From a virus (Duplodnaviria; Caudoviricetes): a DNA stretch of 59,177 bases. Below the pieces are notes generated by a model. That model saw only the letters and a list, made by a program, of their open reading frames with translations, had not been told where the DNA came from and ran no database searches. Shown here in pieces: positions 29,188 through 37,531 of the stretch (positions are counted from its first letter, which is position 1; each line of letters starts with the position of its first letter). The translations under genes were made by a program, and so were the position numbers. The stretch spans positions 1 to 59,177 of the IMG/VR virus record IMGVR_UViG_3300024999_000117, one strand, 5' to 3'.

Positions 29188-29240
29188 AAGCAGTTTTTAT
29201 TTTTTCTTCTTAGCCTCCCTTAACCTCCGCCTGCCTTTGC

Positions 29241-29702
29241 TTATTTATTGAACCATCTCTCGTCAACTTTAGTTTTAGTTGCCTGTTTTTTCATGTCCTT
29301 TAGAAATTTTTCGTATTTTTCTACCGTATTCATACTATCCATGCGGCTATCAAAAACGGCTTTTTCTTCAACATCTAAACTCTCATACAATTCATACATA
29401 GAGATAGAATCTTCGGTGTGCCTTCCCATGCCTGACTCTTCCCAGTTCAATACCTCGCCGTCTTTTCTGAATACCACAACTCCGTCAAGCCAATCCATTG
29501 TATGCTCGCTTGGGTTTTCCTGTATATCAACATAGGTATAGATCATACTTTTGTTGGTTTCGTCTATAATTTCATAATATCCGTCATTTCTATAAACTAC
29601 AGATTTGTTATTGTCGCTAATATTATTTAAGCCAGACATCATCATAATGCCAGCCATGATTAAACCAACTATCTTTGTCGCGGCGGGTACTTGTATGAGC
29701 AT
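29241..29702 (-). CDS. Membrane-anchored or secreted protein
   Basis: N-terminal hydrophobic segment; acidic soluble domain. Confidence 0.7.
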   Translation of the reverse strand: MLIQVPAATKIVGLIMAGIMMMSGLNNISDNNKSVVYRNDGYYEIIDETNKSMIYTYVDIQENPSEHTMDWLDGVVVFRKDGEVLNWEESGMGRHTEDSISMYELYESLDVEEKAVFDSRMDSMNTVEKYEKFLKDMKKQATKTKVDERWFNK

Positions 29703-29705
29703 AAT

Positions 29706-32396
29706 CTAATCCCCCTTTTTGCTTTTCTTTTGGGCTTTGGCCTCAGCCTGCCGTTCCTCCCGCCAAGCCTCATCCTGCAAGGTAATTCTACGTTTCCCCT
29801 GAATGTACTCAGTAACCTCTTTCCAGTGCCGGCCAAACTGCTTAGAACATTCTGCCCGCCGATAGCTCCTATCCTTAACCGGCTTTGGCGGGGCCGTCAT
29901 GTGGCAGATAAAAGCAGGTAGTGAATCAGTACCAGGCAACTCCATCTTGCAAGCAGCAACCCAACGCTTTGGCAACTGCTCATAAAGACTGCGGGCTTCC
30001 AACGGAGTTAATTTCTCTGCATGGTCAGTAAAGGTTTTCTGTAGCTCCGTCTTAAAAAAGTTAAAGAACGGCCCCCCGGCGTAAATGCCTGCTTTATACT
30101 TACCGAACTGCTCTGCGCTGTGAGCAAGGAAAATCATCTTATTTCTGTACTTCCGGGCCTCCACCCCGATCTCGCCGTCCAACAACGGGCCCGTGCCTTC
30201 AAGACAGTTGTGGGGCTCATCAATGATTGTGTAGAACGGTTTGCGATCTTTCTGTGCCGTGTCCAGACGCGATAATGTTGCCAGCCAGATTTTTGCCATC
30301 AAGAATGAAGCTACCCGATTAACTCCGTCTTTGCCTAACTCTGCTTTGGGGATGCGTAACCCGACGAAATACCCTCCTTCGTCCATCATCTGCCTAAAAT
30401 CCAAAACAGGCTTGCCGTCGGCTTTCAGCTTCTCCTGCTGCAGAAAAATGTTAGCCAGCGTCCTTTTACCAGCCAACAAATTCAGCCGGTCAAGGATGGG
30501 CTGCACTAAAGTTTTATCCGTACCTTTCACGGCTTTGGCTTGTAACTCTCTAAGCACGTCAACAACTTCCGACTGAGACTGGATAACCGGGTCCTGCAAT
30601 AACTCCTCTCTGTAAACTGGGGACGATAAAGCCAGCACCACGTCTAGTAACCCTCGGCGCGGATCTGTGAGTACACCTTTGCCGACAGGACTAAGAAAAT
30701 ACTCCATGCGGTCTGAAAACTCGCTGGAAGCTAACTGGTTTATAAAAGTGTGCAGGTAGTCAGTCATTTTTTCCGCTGCGTCTAAAGCGTCTAATTCATC
30801 CCCAGCGCTCCCCCGGATAGCTATATCAGTCAAGGTTAAAGGTATTGGCCAGTGCTTGTCTCCAAAGTCTAGGTCAAGTATTTTTGAATCAGGTATATCG
30901 CTTGACAAGCTATCCCGGACAGCATCAATAGCGGCACCATCGGCCATATCAAAGAAAAATACCGTCCGCCCGTTTTTAACACCGTTGACAGCAAGCACAA
31001 TCCCCCTCCCTGTCTTACCGGAGCCCATATTGCCATAATTGATCTCTCCTTTACACTCAATGTCGTGGTCGTGAATAGGTAATTTAGCTTCCCGGGTGAC
31101 TCCACGGTCAGTAACCCTGCCCAAGGGAATACCGGTATTGCCGAAAAGCTCAGCCGGCAGAGTGACTTCCTGGAGTTTAATCCCCTGCACCTGCGGGTAA
31201 TCCTCTTGCAGTTCCCGGCCCGGAATCTGAATTAACTTCCCGGCCTCGGCAGTGCTTAAAATACTGTAGTTAAATTTCAGTTTGGGCAGGCGTTTAGTCA
31301 GCATAGATTCGATAACTGCGGCCTTCTTCTTCCGATTCTTAATCTCCCGGGTCTCAAATTCGTTATCAGCGGCCAAGTCAGCAAAAGCACTGGCAAGCGT
31401 CCTGGCTGTCGATTCCCTGCGGCCCTGATCGTCAGACTGAGAGATTATCCAAAGGTAAGTCCTGAGCGCACCCATGCCACCTTTGCGCTTTGTGGCGCTG
31501 GTTAGATTTTCTATAGCAAACAGTCCTGCTTCGGGGTCAACTTCCTTCTTGGCGTACCTATTTTCCTGCTTATCTGACTTGATCATGTCTCCGATACCGA
31601 CCATAACCTCCTGCATCAGCTGGCCAGTGCAGGTCAAACCTAAACGGAAATAGCCTCGAGCATCACCGTTCCTTTTTATCGGCTGTCTGCCGTTCCTGAG
31701 CATTTCCCAAGCCTCTTGGTATGTCGCGTTCCAGTCAAGCCTACCAACAGGGTCAAACAGGATAAAAACTTTTGCCTTGTCGCCTACCTCGAGAGATTTA
31801 ACACCCTGCAGGAGTGATGGCAGAGGTAAGTTGTTTTTCGCGTCGGTAAGCAACGAATACATATCATGCTTTCTTAGCACCAGTTCATAGATAACGGTCG
31901 TTTCTTTATCCCAGGCTTCGCTGTAGTCATCATCGACTGTGATAGTTGACTTATCCCAAATGCCAGACAGTCGCCGCACCCAACTATCTACCCGATCCCC
32001 CGGCACTGTTAGTAGAAAATCTATAGTGTCGGAGGCATAATCTATCTCCCAAGTGGCCCGGTCAGGTTGCCGGTACCGGAGCTTCCAACCGTCCTCAAAG
32101 TAAAACCTATCTAACGGGATTTTAAAAGCATCTGTGATAGTTTTCGCTATATCCTCGGTGTACCAGTTCCTGGCCGATGTATCCGGCCGGATGCGGATAA
32201 CTCGATGTGGTGGAGCAACGATCTGGTAGTGACTGCGGAGATTAAAACGCTGTTTTTGCTCAGTTTCGTACCATTCTGCGTCTATGTAATCCTGCTGACC
32301 ATTTTGCTGATGTCGGCAATATGGTTTATTTTGGGGCAACTGCTTACCCGGGGTAAGTGCTGGGACAGAGGGAAGCGACGGTAGATATTTTCTCAT
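29706..32396 (-). CDS. VirB4/TraG/HerA-FtsK superfamily P-loop ATPase
   Basis: Walker A GNMGSGKT, Walker B YTIIDEPH, EARKY arginine-finger-like motif, LAH. Confidence 0.8.
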   Translation of the reverse strand: MRKYLPSLPSVPALTPGKQLPQNKPYCRHQQNGQQDYIDAEWYETEQKQRFNLRSHYQIVAPPHRVIRIRPDTSARNWYTEDIAKTITDAFKIPLDRFYFEDGWKLRYRQPDRATWEIDYASDTIDFLLTVPGDRVDSWVRRLSGIWDKSTITVDDDYSEAWDKETTVIYELVLRKHDMYSLLTDAKNNLPLPSLLQGVKSLEVGDKAKVFILFDPVGRLDWNATYQEAWEMLRNGRQPIKRNGDARGYFRLGLTCTGQLMQEVMVGIGDMIKSDKQENRYAKKEVDPEAGLFAIENLTSATKRKGGMGALRTYLWIISQSDDQGRRESTARTLASAFADLAADNEFETREIKNRKKKAAVIESMLTKRLPKLKFNYSILSTAEAGKLIQIPGRELQEDYPQVQGIKLQEVTLPAELFGNTGIPLGRVTDRGVTREAKLPIHDHDIECKGEINYGNMGSGKTGRGIVLAVNGVKNGRTVFFFDMADGAAIDAVRDSLSSDIPDSKILDLDFGDKHWPIPLTLTDIAIRGSAGDELDALDAAEKMTDYLHTFINQLASSEFSDRMEYFLSPVGKGVLTDPRRGLLDVVLALSSPVYREELLQDPVIQSQSEVVDVLRELQAKAVKGTDKTLVQPILDRLNLLAGKRTLANIFLQQEKLKADGKPVLDFRQMMDEGGYFVGLRIPKAELGKDGVNRVASFLMAKIWLATLSRLDTAQKDRKPFYTIIDEPHNCLEGTGPLLDGEIGVEARKYRNKMIFLAHSAEQFGKYKAGIYAGGPFFNFFKTELQKTFTDHAEKLTPLEARSLYEQLPKRWVAACKMELPGTDSLPAFICHMTAPPKPVKDRSYRRAECSKQFGRHWKEVTEYIQGKRRITLQDEAWREERQAEAKAQKKSKKGD

Positions 32397-32500
32397 TTAA
32401 CCCTACCCCCGAATTTTCTAATAAACGGGCCAAATATAACGGTAATAAACCCGCCCAAACACATACAGATTAAACCGAAATAACATAAGTCAGCTAACAA
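32393..32500 (-). CDS. Single-TM peptide of 35 aa (MLADLCYFGLICMCLGGFITVIFGPFIRKFGGRVK), absent from ORF track
   Basis: GGAGGGG RBS, TTG start, stop overlaps the ATPase ATG. Confidence 0.55.
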   Translation of the reverse strand: MLADLCYFGLICMCLGGFITVIFGPFIRKFGGRVK

Positions 32501-32512
32501 AATTACCCCTCC

Positions 32513-32746
32513 TTAAATTGCTTTACCTAATACCTGCACCACTACAAACAACGCCACCGAAAACAGTACACCCTTCCGGGCCAGCGAAAACCCGAACATC
32601 GAGAACAGTAATGACACCATAGCACCCATCAGGCAGATCTCAAAACTGTAGTAGTAGAACGCTGTCCCGGCGGCTGCCAACGTAGCTACCCAACCGGCAG
32701 CTTTCTTTAGTCCCATGCCGACCAACCAAGCAGCTATTCCAGGCAA
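32513..32746 (-). CDS. Small multi-TM membrane protein
   Basis: Almost entirely hydrophobic, 77 aa. Confidence 0.7.
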   Translation of the reverse strand: MPGIAAWLVGMGLKKAAGWVATLAAAGTAFYYYSFEICLMGAMVSLLFSMFGFSLARKGVLFSVALFVVVQVLGKAI

Positions 32747-33316
32747 TTAAGCCACCCCCAGCAGCCCCATAGCCAACGGCATCACCGACAAGGCACCCTT
32801 GATCTGATAGAAAAAGAACGGAATGATAAACACCCCGATATAGCCAAGCATGGCATACTTGATTTTGTCCTTGCCTCCTGGATTGCCTATGATAATCTCG
32901 ATAAGCCCCCATATAGCCATACCGATTCCGACGGGGAGGGCAAGTTCCTGCAACATACTGATAACGGGCTGTAGTGCCGGTGCTATGCCCATATACGTCT
33001 TTGCTGCTACTGGTACGGCCTGAGTTGCTACGCTGTATTGCCCTGCTAATGTGCTTATCGGGGCCATGGCCAGGAGGTTTATGCCCGTTGTCAGTGGTAA
33101 TATGTGACGTTTGGCGGCCTCGCGGATACGGGCCAGTCTGTCGCGTAAAGTTTCTGTTTCTGTTTTTGGCTGTGCCGTTTCAGGTTTTTGCGGAATAGTA
33201 ACGTTTTCGGGTTCTTTGGTAACGCTTTTCCAGGAAAAAGTATCGTTTTTTATAGGCTTAGTAACGGCTGTATTATAATTTACAACACGACCATTTATTT
33301 TTACTATCATCGGCAT
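32747..33316 (-). CDS. Membrane protein with TrbC/VirB2 pilin-like C-terminal two-TM hairpin
   Basis: LQELALPVGIGMAIWGLIEIIIGNP-GKDKIKYAMLGYIGVFIIP pattern. Confidence 0.6.
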   Translation of the reverse strand: MPMIVKINGRVVNYNTAVTKPIKNDTFSWKSVTKEPENVTIPQKPETAQPKTETETLRDRLARIREAAKRHILPLTTGINLLAMAPISTLAGQYSVATQAVPVAAKTYMGIAPALQPVISMLQELALPVGIGMAIWGLIEIIIGNPGGKDKIKYAMLGYIGVFIIPFFFYQIKGALSVMPLAMGLLGVA

Positions 33317-33409
33317 TTCCCCCTTGTAGCTAATTTGATACGGTGATTAAATCTTATTCGCTACAACTTGTCCGATATAACCAATAAAAATAACCCGCTT
33401 AGCGGTAAT

Positions 33410-33814
33410 TTATTCCTCCGCCGTAACGGGTTCTAGGTAAAATAGCTCCTTGATTTTTTCAGTAGGGACTCTTAGGGATTCCAAGAGCAATAACAAAACA
33501 ACCACCGAAGGCTCACATTGTTCATTTATAACTTTACTGAGATAAACACGATTAACGCCTATTTCTTTTGCTACTTGAGTAATAGTTTTCCCGCTTGCAT
33601 CTATGGCTACCTTGACACTATTTTTTAGCATGACATTGCTTCTTTTGGTAGATATTTTTTCTTCTTGCCTCCCATACGGCTCCAACCACTCCATTATTAC
33701 CTGTCTTACAAACGAATCTTGATCAATTTTAGGGTTATGCTTTGCCGCCTTTTGATATATGGCAGCCAGTGTCTGAGCTAAGTCTTTCGGTAGTTGGATT
33801 TGCTCAAAGTTCAA
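33410..33814 (-). CDS. RHH-like plus XRE HTH regulator
   Basis: TITQVAKEIGVNRVYLSKVIN..PS; GGAGG RBS. Confidence 0.8.
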   Translation of the reverse strand: MNFEQIQLPKDLAQTLAAIYQKAAKHNPKIDQDSFVRQVIMEWLEPYGRQEEKISTKRSNVMLKNSVKVAIDASGKTITQVAKEIGVNRVYLSKVINEQCEPSVVVLLLLLESLRVPTEKIKELFYLEPVTAEE

Positions 33815-33878
33815 AGTACCACCTCCTGTATAGTATATGTTACGAATTGCAGGTTAATAATACAGTTGAGGTGATAAT

Positions 33879-34010
33879 GTGATTTCTCTTTTGAATTTAA
33901 AATACAAAGACAAGGCTTGCGACCGCGACAGCTACGACATCAACAAAGCCGCCAAAGACATAGCCGACAAGACCAAAAAAGAACAAAAAATAAGCCCTAC
34001 GAAGGCTTAA
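33879..34010 (+). CDS. Peptide of 43 aa (MISLLNLKYKDKACDRDSYDINKAAKDIADKTKKEQKISPTKA), absent from ORF track
   Basis: GAGGTG RBS and GTG start; divergent from the HTH gene. Confidence 0.45.
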   Translation: MISLLNLKYKDKACDRDSYDINKAAKDIADKTKKEQKISPTKA

Positions 34011-34144
34011 AGTAGATATACTTTGGGTTCTTAGTGCCAGTAAGAACATAATAATATAATTCGTCATGCAAAACAAATGTCCTCCCCTGGTACGCATTAT
34101 CAAGAGGCGCGGGAGGATCTGTTGGGTATATTATAGCCTATTTT

Positions 34145-34176
34145 CAGTAGGGCCACAACTGCCCTACTGCTTTTTT
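34145..34176 (+). terminator. Intrinsic terminator
   Basis: CAGTAGGGC-7-GCCCTACTG followed by a T run. Confidence 0.75.
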
Positions 34177-34280
34177 GCGTTACTCTTAACTTCGTTAATG
34201 CGTTACTCAAAAGCTATTCGGTAACGGGTTAAAATATGCGTGTTTTGTGGAATAAAAATAACCGCCCGGAGGCGGCTAAA

Positions 34281-34412
34281 CTATCTGTGACAGTCCCACA
34301 TAGCTTTTGTTTCAGTATACATCCACAGTGTTTCCTCTGTTGCCAAAAACCAACCCTGCGCCCAAGGTACAAAATTTCTGTAGCAATTTGATATATAAAT
34401 AAGAGTATCCAT
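34281..34412 (-). CDS. Peptide of 43 aa (MDTLIYISNCYRNFVPWAQGWFLATEETLWMYTETKAMWDCHR), absent from ORF track
   Basis: Same RBS/start block as the upstream gene; followed by a terminator-like hairpin near 34255-34277. Confidence 0.55.
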   Translation of the reverse strand: MDTLIYISNCYRNFVPWAQGWFLATEETLWMYTETKAMWDCHR

Positions 34413-34799
34413 CAAAATTCCCCCTCTGATTTATTTTCCTCCTAGAGCTAATTTTTCCGAACGGTATTCTGTCCAGGAAAATAACTCCTTTAGTTTTTCC
34501 AAAAATAATATTCCCTTAGCGTTCTCCCCGTCGTCCATCGGAACACCATAGTTTACTACTAAGCGCCGGTCTATTTTAGCAGCATAGTAGCGTGGGCAAC
34601 TAGCATCCCACCTTGTGGGTACAAACAGCACTTCACAAATATATTGACCGTTGCCACACGTTTTTCCCGTAGACGCTTTTCCCATTTCCTCTTCTGTCAT
34701 AAATATTTCTACATACGCCCCGCCTCCGGGGTTGGTTCCTTTGTCGAAAGTTCTGTTATTTATTAGAAGATTCATCAAAATTCCCCCTCTGATTTATTT
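34410..34799 (-). repeat. 27-bp exact direct repeat of RBS plus start codon
   Basis: CATCAAAATTCCCCCTCTGATTTATTT at 34410-34436 and 34773-34799. Confidence 0.9.
34431..34775 (-). CDS. Hypothetical protein
   Basis: GAGGGGG RBS within the repeat. Confidence 0.7.
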   Translation of the reverse strand: MNLLINNRTFDKGTNPGGGAYVEIFMTEEEMGKASTGKTCGNGQYICEVLFVPTRWDASCPRYYAAKIDRRLVVNYGVPMDDGENAKGILFLEKLKELFSWTEYRSEKLALGGK

Positions 34800-34838
34800 C
34801 CTGGCGGGGCTTTTTCGGCTAACCCCAAGCCGTTGGAA

Positions 34839-35120
34839 CTAATCGCACTCGCATTCCCGAAATAACTTACCGCATCGTAGGCAGGTTGTTGTTTCCTGTC
34901 TTTCTAGTATTTTTTTTAACTTAGAACTGGCTATTTCTTGCTCAATTGCGGCCAGTTCTAAAAACAAATCTCTTCTTTGAATGTAGTCTGGAGCTTCGTC
35001 TGGTTCTGCTTCTACGAGACCTAGACATTCGAGTAAATCTTTTCTGGCGTTCAAAAGACTACTACCCCAAACTTTATTTTTTAGTTCGGTATAATCTAGC
35101 ATGACGATGTCTGATTTCAT
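34839..35120 (-). CDS. Hypothetical protein with C-terminal CxxC-CxC
   Basis: Ends CLRCGKLFRECECD; first gene after the promoter at 35168. Confidence 0.7.
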   Translation of the reverse strand: MKSDIVMLDYTELKNKVWGSSLLNARKDLLECLGLVEAEPDEAPDYIQRRDLFLELAAIEQEIASSKLKKILERQETTTCLRCGKLFRECECD

Positions 35121-35167
35121 TAATTTTCCCCCTTAACCGGTTCTCCCGGCTGTTTTCTACTGATATA

Positions 35168-35196
35168 AGTATATCACTGGTGCAACACCTAGTCAA
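35168..35196 (-). promoter_or_regulatory. Strong sigma-A promoter with palindromic spacer
   Basis: TTGACT-17-TATACT; spacer contains GGTG-N3-CACC. Confidence 0.8.
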
Positions 35197-35350
35197 CACC
35201 TTTTTCAATTTCTTTGACGTGCTTTTCTAAAATAATAGTTAAATACATCGACAGTGTTCTTTTGTCAAGCTCAGCCAACTCTCTGAGCTTTTTTGCCAAC
35301 TCGCGCGGAAAAGTGATCGGTACGCGCTCATTTTCTGGTGCTATTCCCAT
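35189..35350 (-). CDS. Ribbon-helix-helix regulator (53 aa)
   Basis: MGIAPENERVPITFPRELAKKLRELAELDKRTLSMYLTIILEKHV; GGAGGA RBS. Confidence 0.8.
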   Translation of the reverse strand: MGIAPENERVPITFPRELAKKLRELAELDKRTLSMYLTIILEKHVKEIEKGVD

Positions 35351-35402
35351 GATGTCCTCCTGTGCGGCCCGCCCGATGAGCGGAACGGGCCTGGTTTTTG
35401 TG

Positions 35403-36386
35403 TTATAACATGTTTTTGTAAAGAGAAATTTTCTCAGGTTCAATGTCGCTAATCTTGTCTCTCGACCATCCATCCTGGTTAGCCAGATGCTGGTCATCGC
35501 GCCCTGCTGTATATATCGCTTCACCGTCGCGGAACAGGTATTCAACTTTCCAGTTGCCAGCCTCGAAGTTTTCCATGTCTTCATTGTCGCATGAGTTTTG
35601 CTCGTCTGAGACAAAATCATCCATAATGTCATGCAGAACGTCGTATACTTCCTCGTCATTTTCCTTAACCCAGTCGGTGTCTGTTGTGAAGCTAACGTGG
35701 TCAAGGAGAATATCTTCCGAGTAAATTTCCATGTCTGCACCGGTGCCGCATTGTTCCGTTTTACTGTACCAACTGCCTTCCTCCTCCACGTACATGCTGG
35801 CATCGTGCAGGTTTAGAACTGCATCCTCAGGTATTTCTACTTCAACTGTGGTTTTCGCTGGGATGATTGTATCTCCCAGGTCTGTTACTATTGTGATGTT
35901 GATGTTTTCGCCGTTGTAAATTTTCATGTTTCTGTTTCCGTTTGCATCACGCAACCTTGTCAACTCGGTGCAAAAATCATCAATATTGCCCCATGCTGTG
36001 CTTGTATCGTTTTCACACTCGTCCATAATATCTGAGTGACCATAAACCTTATACCCGCCTACCCTGATCTGCTCGTCTTCTGGTTCCAGTTCTGCCGCCT
36101 CTTCTTCGTGTCCGTCCCATCCCTCGGTAGTGCCATCCACCATAAAATCGTGATAGTGTTCGGCTGCCTGCTTAGGATTTTGATAGTAGTGCGAAAATCC
36201 AGGCAGTTGCAGCGTAACCCCACCAGCGTTATCAAAAATAATCTGGGTATTATTTAAGTTATTTTCGATCTGTATACAATCAGGACAAAGGTTAGTATCG
36301 CTCTTAAGTCCAACCACTCCAATACCCTCCAAAAAATTATCCGTCCCATCATCCCATAATTTGCCACATTTTTTACATTTTATCAT
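35403..36386 (-). CDS. Highly acidic multi-segment protein with N-terminal Zn ribbon
   Basis: CKKC...CPDC; very D/E-rich sequence. Confidence 0.75.
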   Translation of the reverse strand: MIKCKKCGKLWDDGTDNFLEGIGVVGLKSDTNLCPDCIQIENNLNNTQIIFDNAGGVTLQLPGFSHYYQNPKQAAEHYHDFMVDGTTEGWDGHEEEAAELEPEDEQIRVGGYKVYGHSDIMDECENDTSTAWGNIDDFCTELTRLRDANGNRNMKIYNGENINITIVTDLGDTIIPAKTTVEVEIPEDAVLNLHDASMYVEEEGSWYSKTEQCGTGADMEIYSEDILLDHVSFTTDTDWVKENDEEVYDVLHDIMDDFVSDEQNSCDNEDMENFEAGNWKVEYLFRDGEAIYTAGRDDQHLANQDGWSRDKISDIEPEKISLYKNML

Positions 36387-36445
36387 AATATTCTATCTCC
36401 CTCCGGCTCCCGCCGTGTTATTTTGTTTCCCTCTTCTTGTATATA

Positions 36446-36474
36446 AGTATACCACAGGTGGTACACCTAGTCAA
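36446..36474 (-). promoter_or_regulatory. Strong sigma-A promoter, second copy
   Basis: TTGACT-17-TATACT with extended TG; spacer palindrome AGGTG-N3-CACCT. Confidence 0.8.
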
Positions 36475-36537
36475 CACTTATTTTATAAAGTTGGACAAAA
36501 TAAAAAGCCCCGACCGCATAGGCCAGGGCTAAACTAA

Positions 36538-36810
36538 CTAATCAATATCAGGCAATTCTACAGTTTTATTCGCCAGTTCATGAAAACAATCACTAAGAAA
36601 TTGTATTTTCCCTTCACTCACGAAACTATGGCATCTTGAGCCAGAATCATGTTGATTAACTAGCATAGACGGTGAAAATGTGGGTTTTTCAAAATCACCA
36701 TTAAATGACCATCTACTGTCAAATAAATGATGTGTTTTACAGCCCGGACAAAATATCAAATACCCGCCAAACTCACCACTGGAATTATTAATAACCTCTG
36801 TTTTGGGCAT
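36538..36810 (-). CDS. DUF6527-like Cys/His protein
   Basis: CPGC..H...W.FNGD..KPTFSPS...CHSFV..G.IQFL.DC.H pattern. Confidence 0.7.
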   Translation of the reverse strand: MPKTEVINNSSGEFGGYLIFCPGCKTHHLFDSRWSFNGDFEKPTFSPSMLVNQHDSGSRCHSFVSEGKIQFLSDCFHELANKTVELPDID

Positions 36811-36811
36811 C

Positions 36812-37531
36812 CTATCCCCTCGCCTTCAATGCGTTCAACGCAACCTTGAGTAAAAACCAGGCAGTAACCGGCTCATCCGGATTATGATCCCCGACAATCA
36901 GACCGGCCTTCTTTGCTTCCTCCATAATATCAATCTTCCATTGCTCCTGGCCCGGTTGTTTCGGTGCAGGTTCCGGCAGTTCTACTCCAAGAAAATCACA
37001 TATCCCTCGAGCGATAGCCATAGCAGCCCTGTTCTGAAAATCTTCCGACTGCAGTAATTTTTCCTCTACTGAATTTGATATGAAAGCTAACTCCACTAAT
37101 GCAGATGGCATTTTACTCTGCCTAAGAACGGCAAAGTTTGACTGTTTTGTTCCCCGGTCAGCTAAGCCCAGGGCAGGAACTAAACGATCCTGCAAGCATT
37201 GAGCAAGTACAGCGCCTTTTACGCTGCCTGGATAGCAGTGTGTTTCCGTGCCATGCGCCGTTGCATCAGCAGCAGCATTGCAGTGAATCGAAACAAAAAC
37301 ATCGGCACCGGACTGATTTGCTTTATTCGCCCTGGCAGATAAGTCACCACCAAGGCTTGAACCAAGAGCATAATTAGCGTCTCTTGTCAAAATTGCGGTC
37401 ATCACCGGTTGTAAAAGTTCGCTTACTTTTCTCGCTACTGCCAGATTTACGTCCGCTTCATGCACTCCTGTCGGGCCGATGGCACCAGGGTCTTTTCCGC
37501 CATGCCCGGGATCTATTGTTACTCTAAACAT
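36812..37531 (-). CDS. Endolysin, N-acetylmuramoyl-L-alanine amidase (Amidase_3)
   Basis: IDPGHGG.DPGA, E, FVSIHCNA and LVELAFISN motifs. Confidence 0.95.
   Translation of the reverse strand: MFRVTIDPGHGGKDPGAIGPTGVHEADVNLAVARKVSELLQPVMTAILTRDANYALGSSLGGDLSARANKANQSGADVFVSIHCNAAADATAHGTETHCYPGSVKGAVLAQCLQDRLVPALGLADRGTKQSNFAVLRQSKMPSALVELAFISNSVEEKLLQSEDFQNRAAMAIARGICDFLGVELPEPAPKQPGQEQWKIDIMEEAKKAGLIVGDHNPDEPVTAWFLLKVALNALKARG

Noticed and set aside
29241-33814. Complete ICE or conjugative element inserted in the phage
   Set aside because: No relaxase, dedicated integrase, full T4SS set or flanking direct repeats were seen.
35351-35803. 204-aa ORF 35189-35803 as one gene
   Set aside because: The upstream part overlaps the 327-aa gene in another frame; RBS and RHH pattern support a start at 35350.
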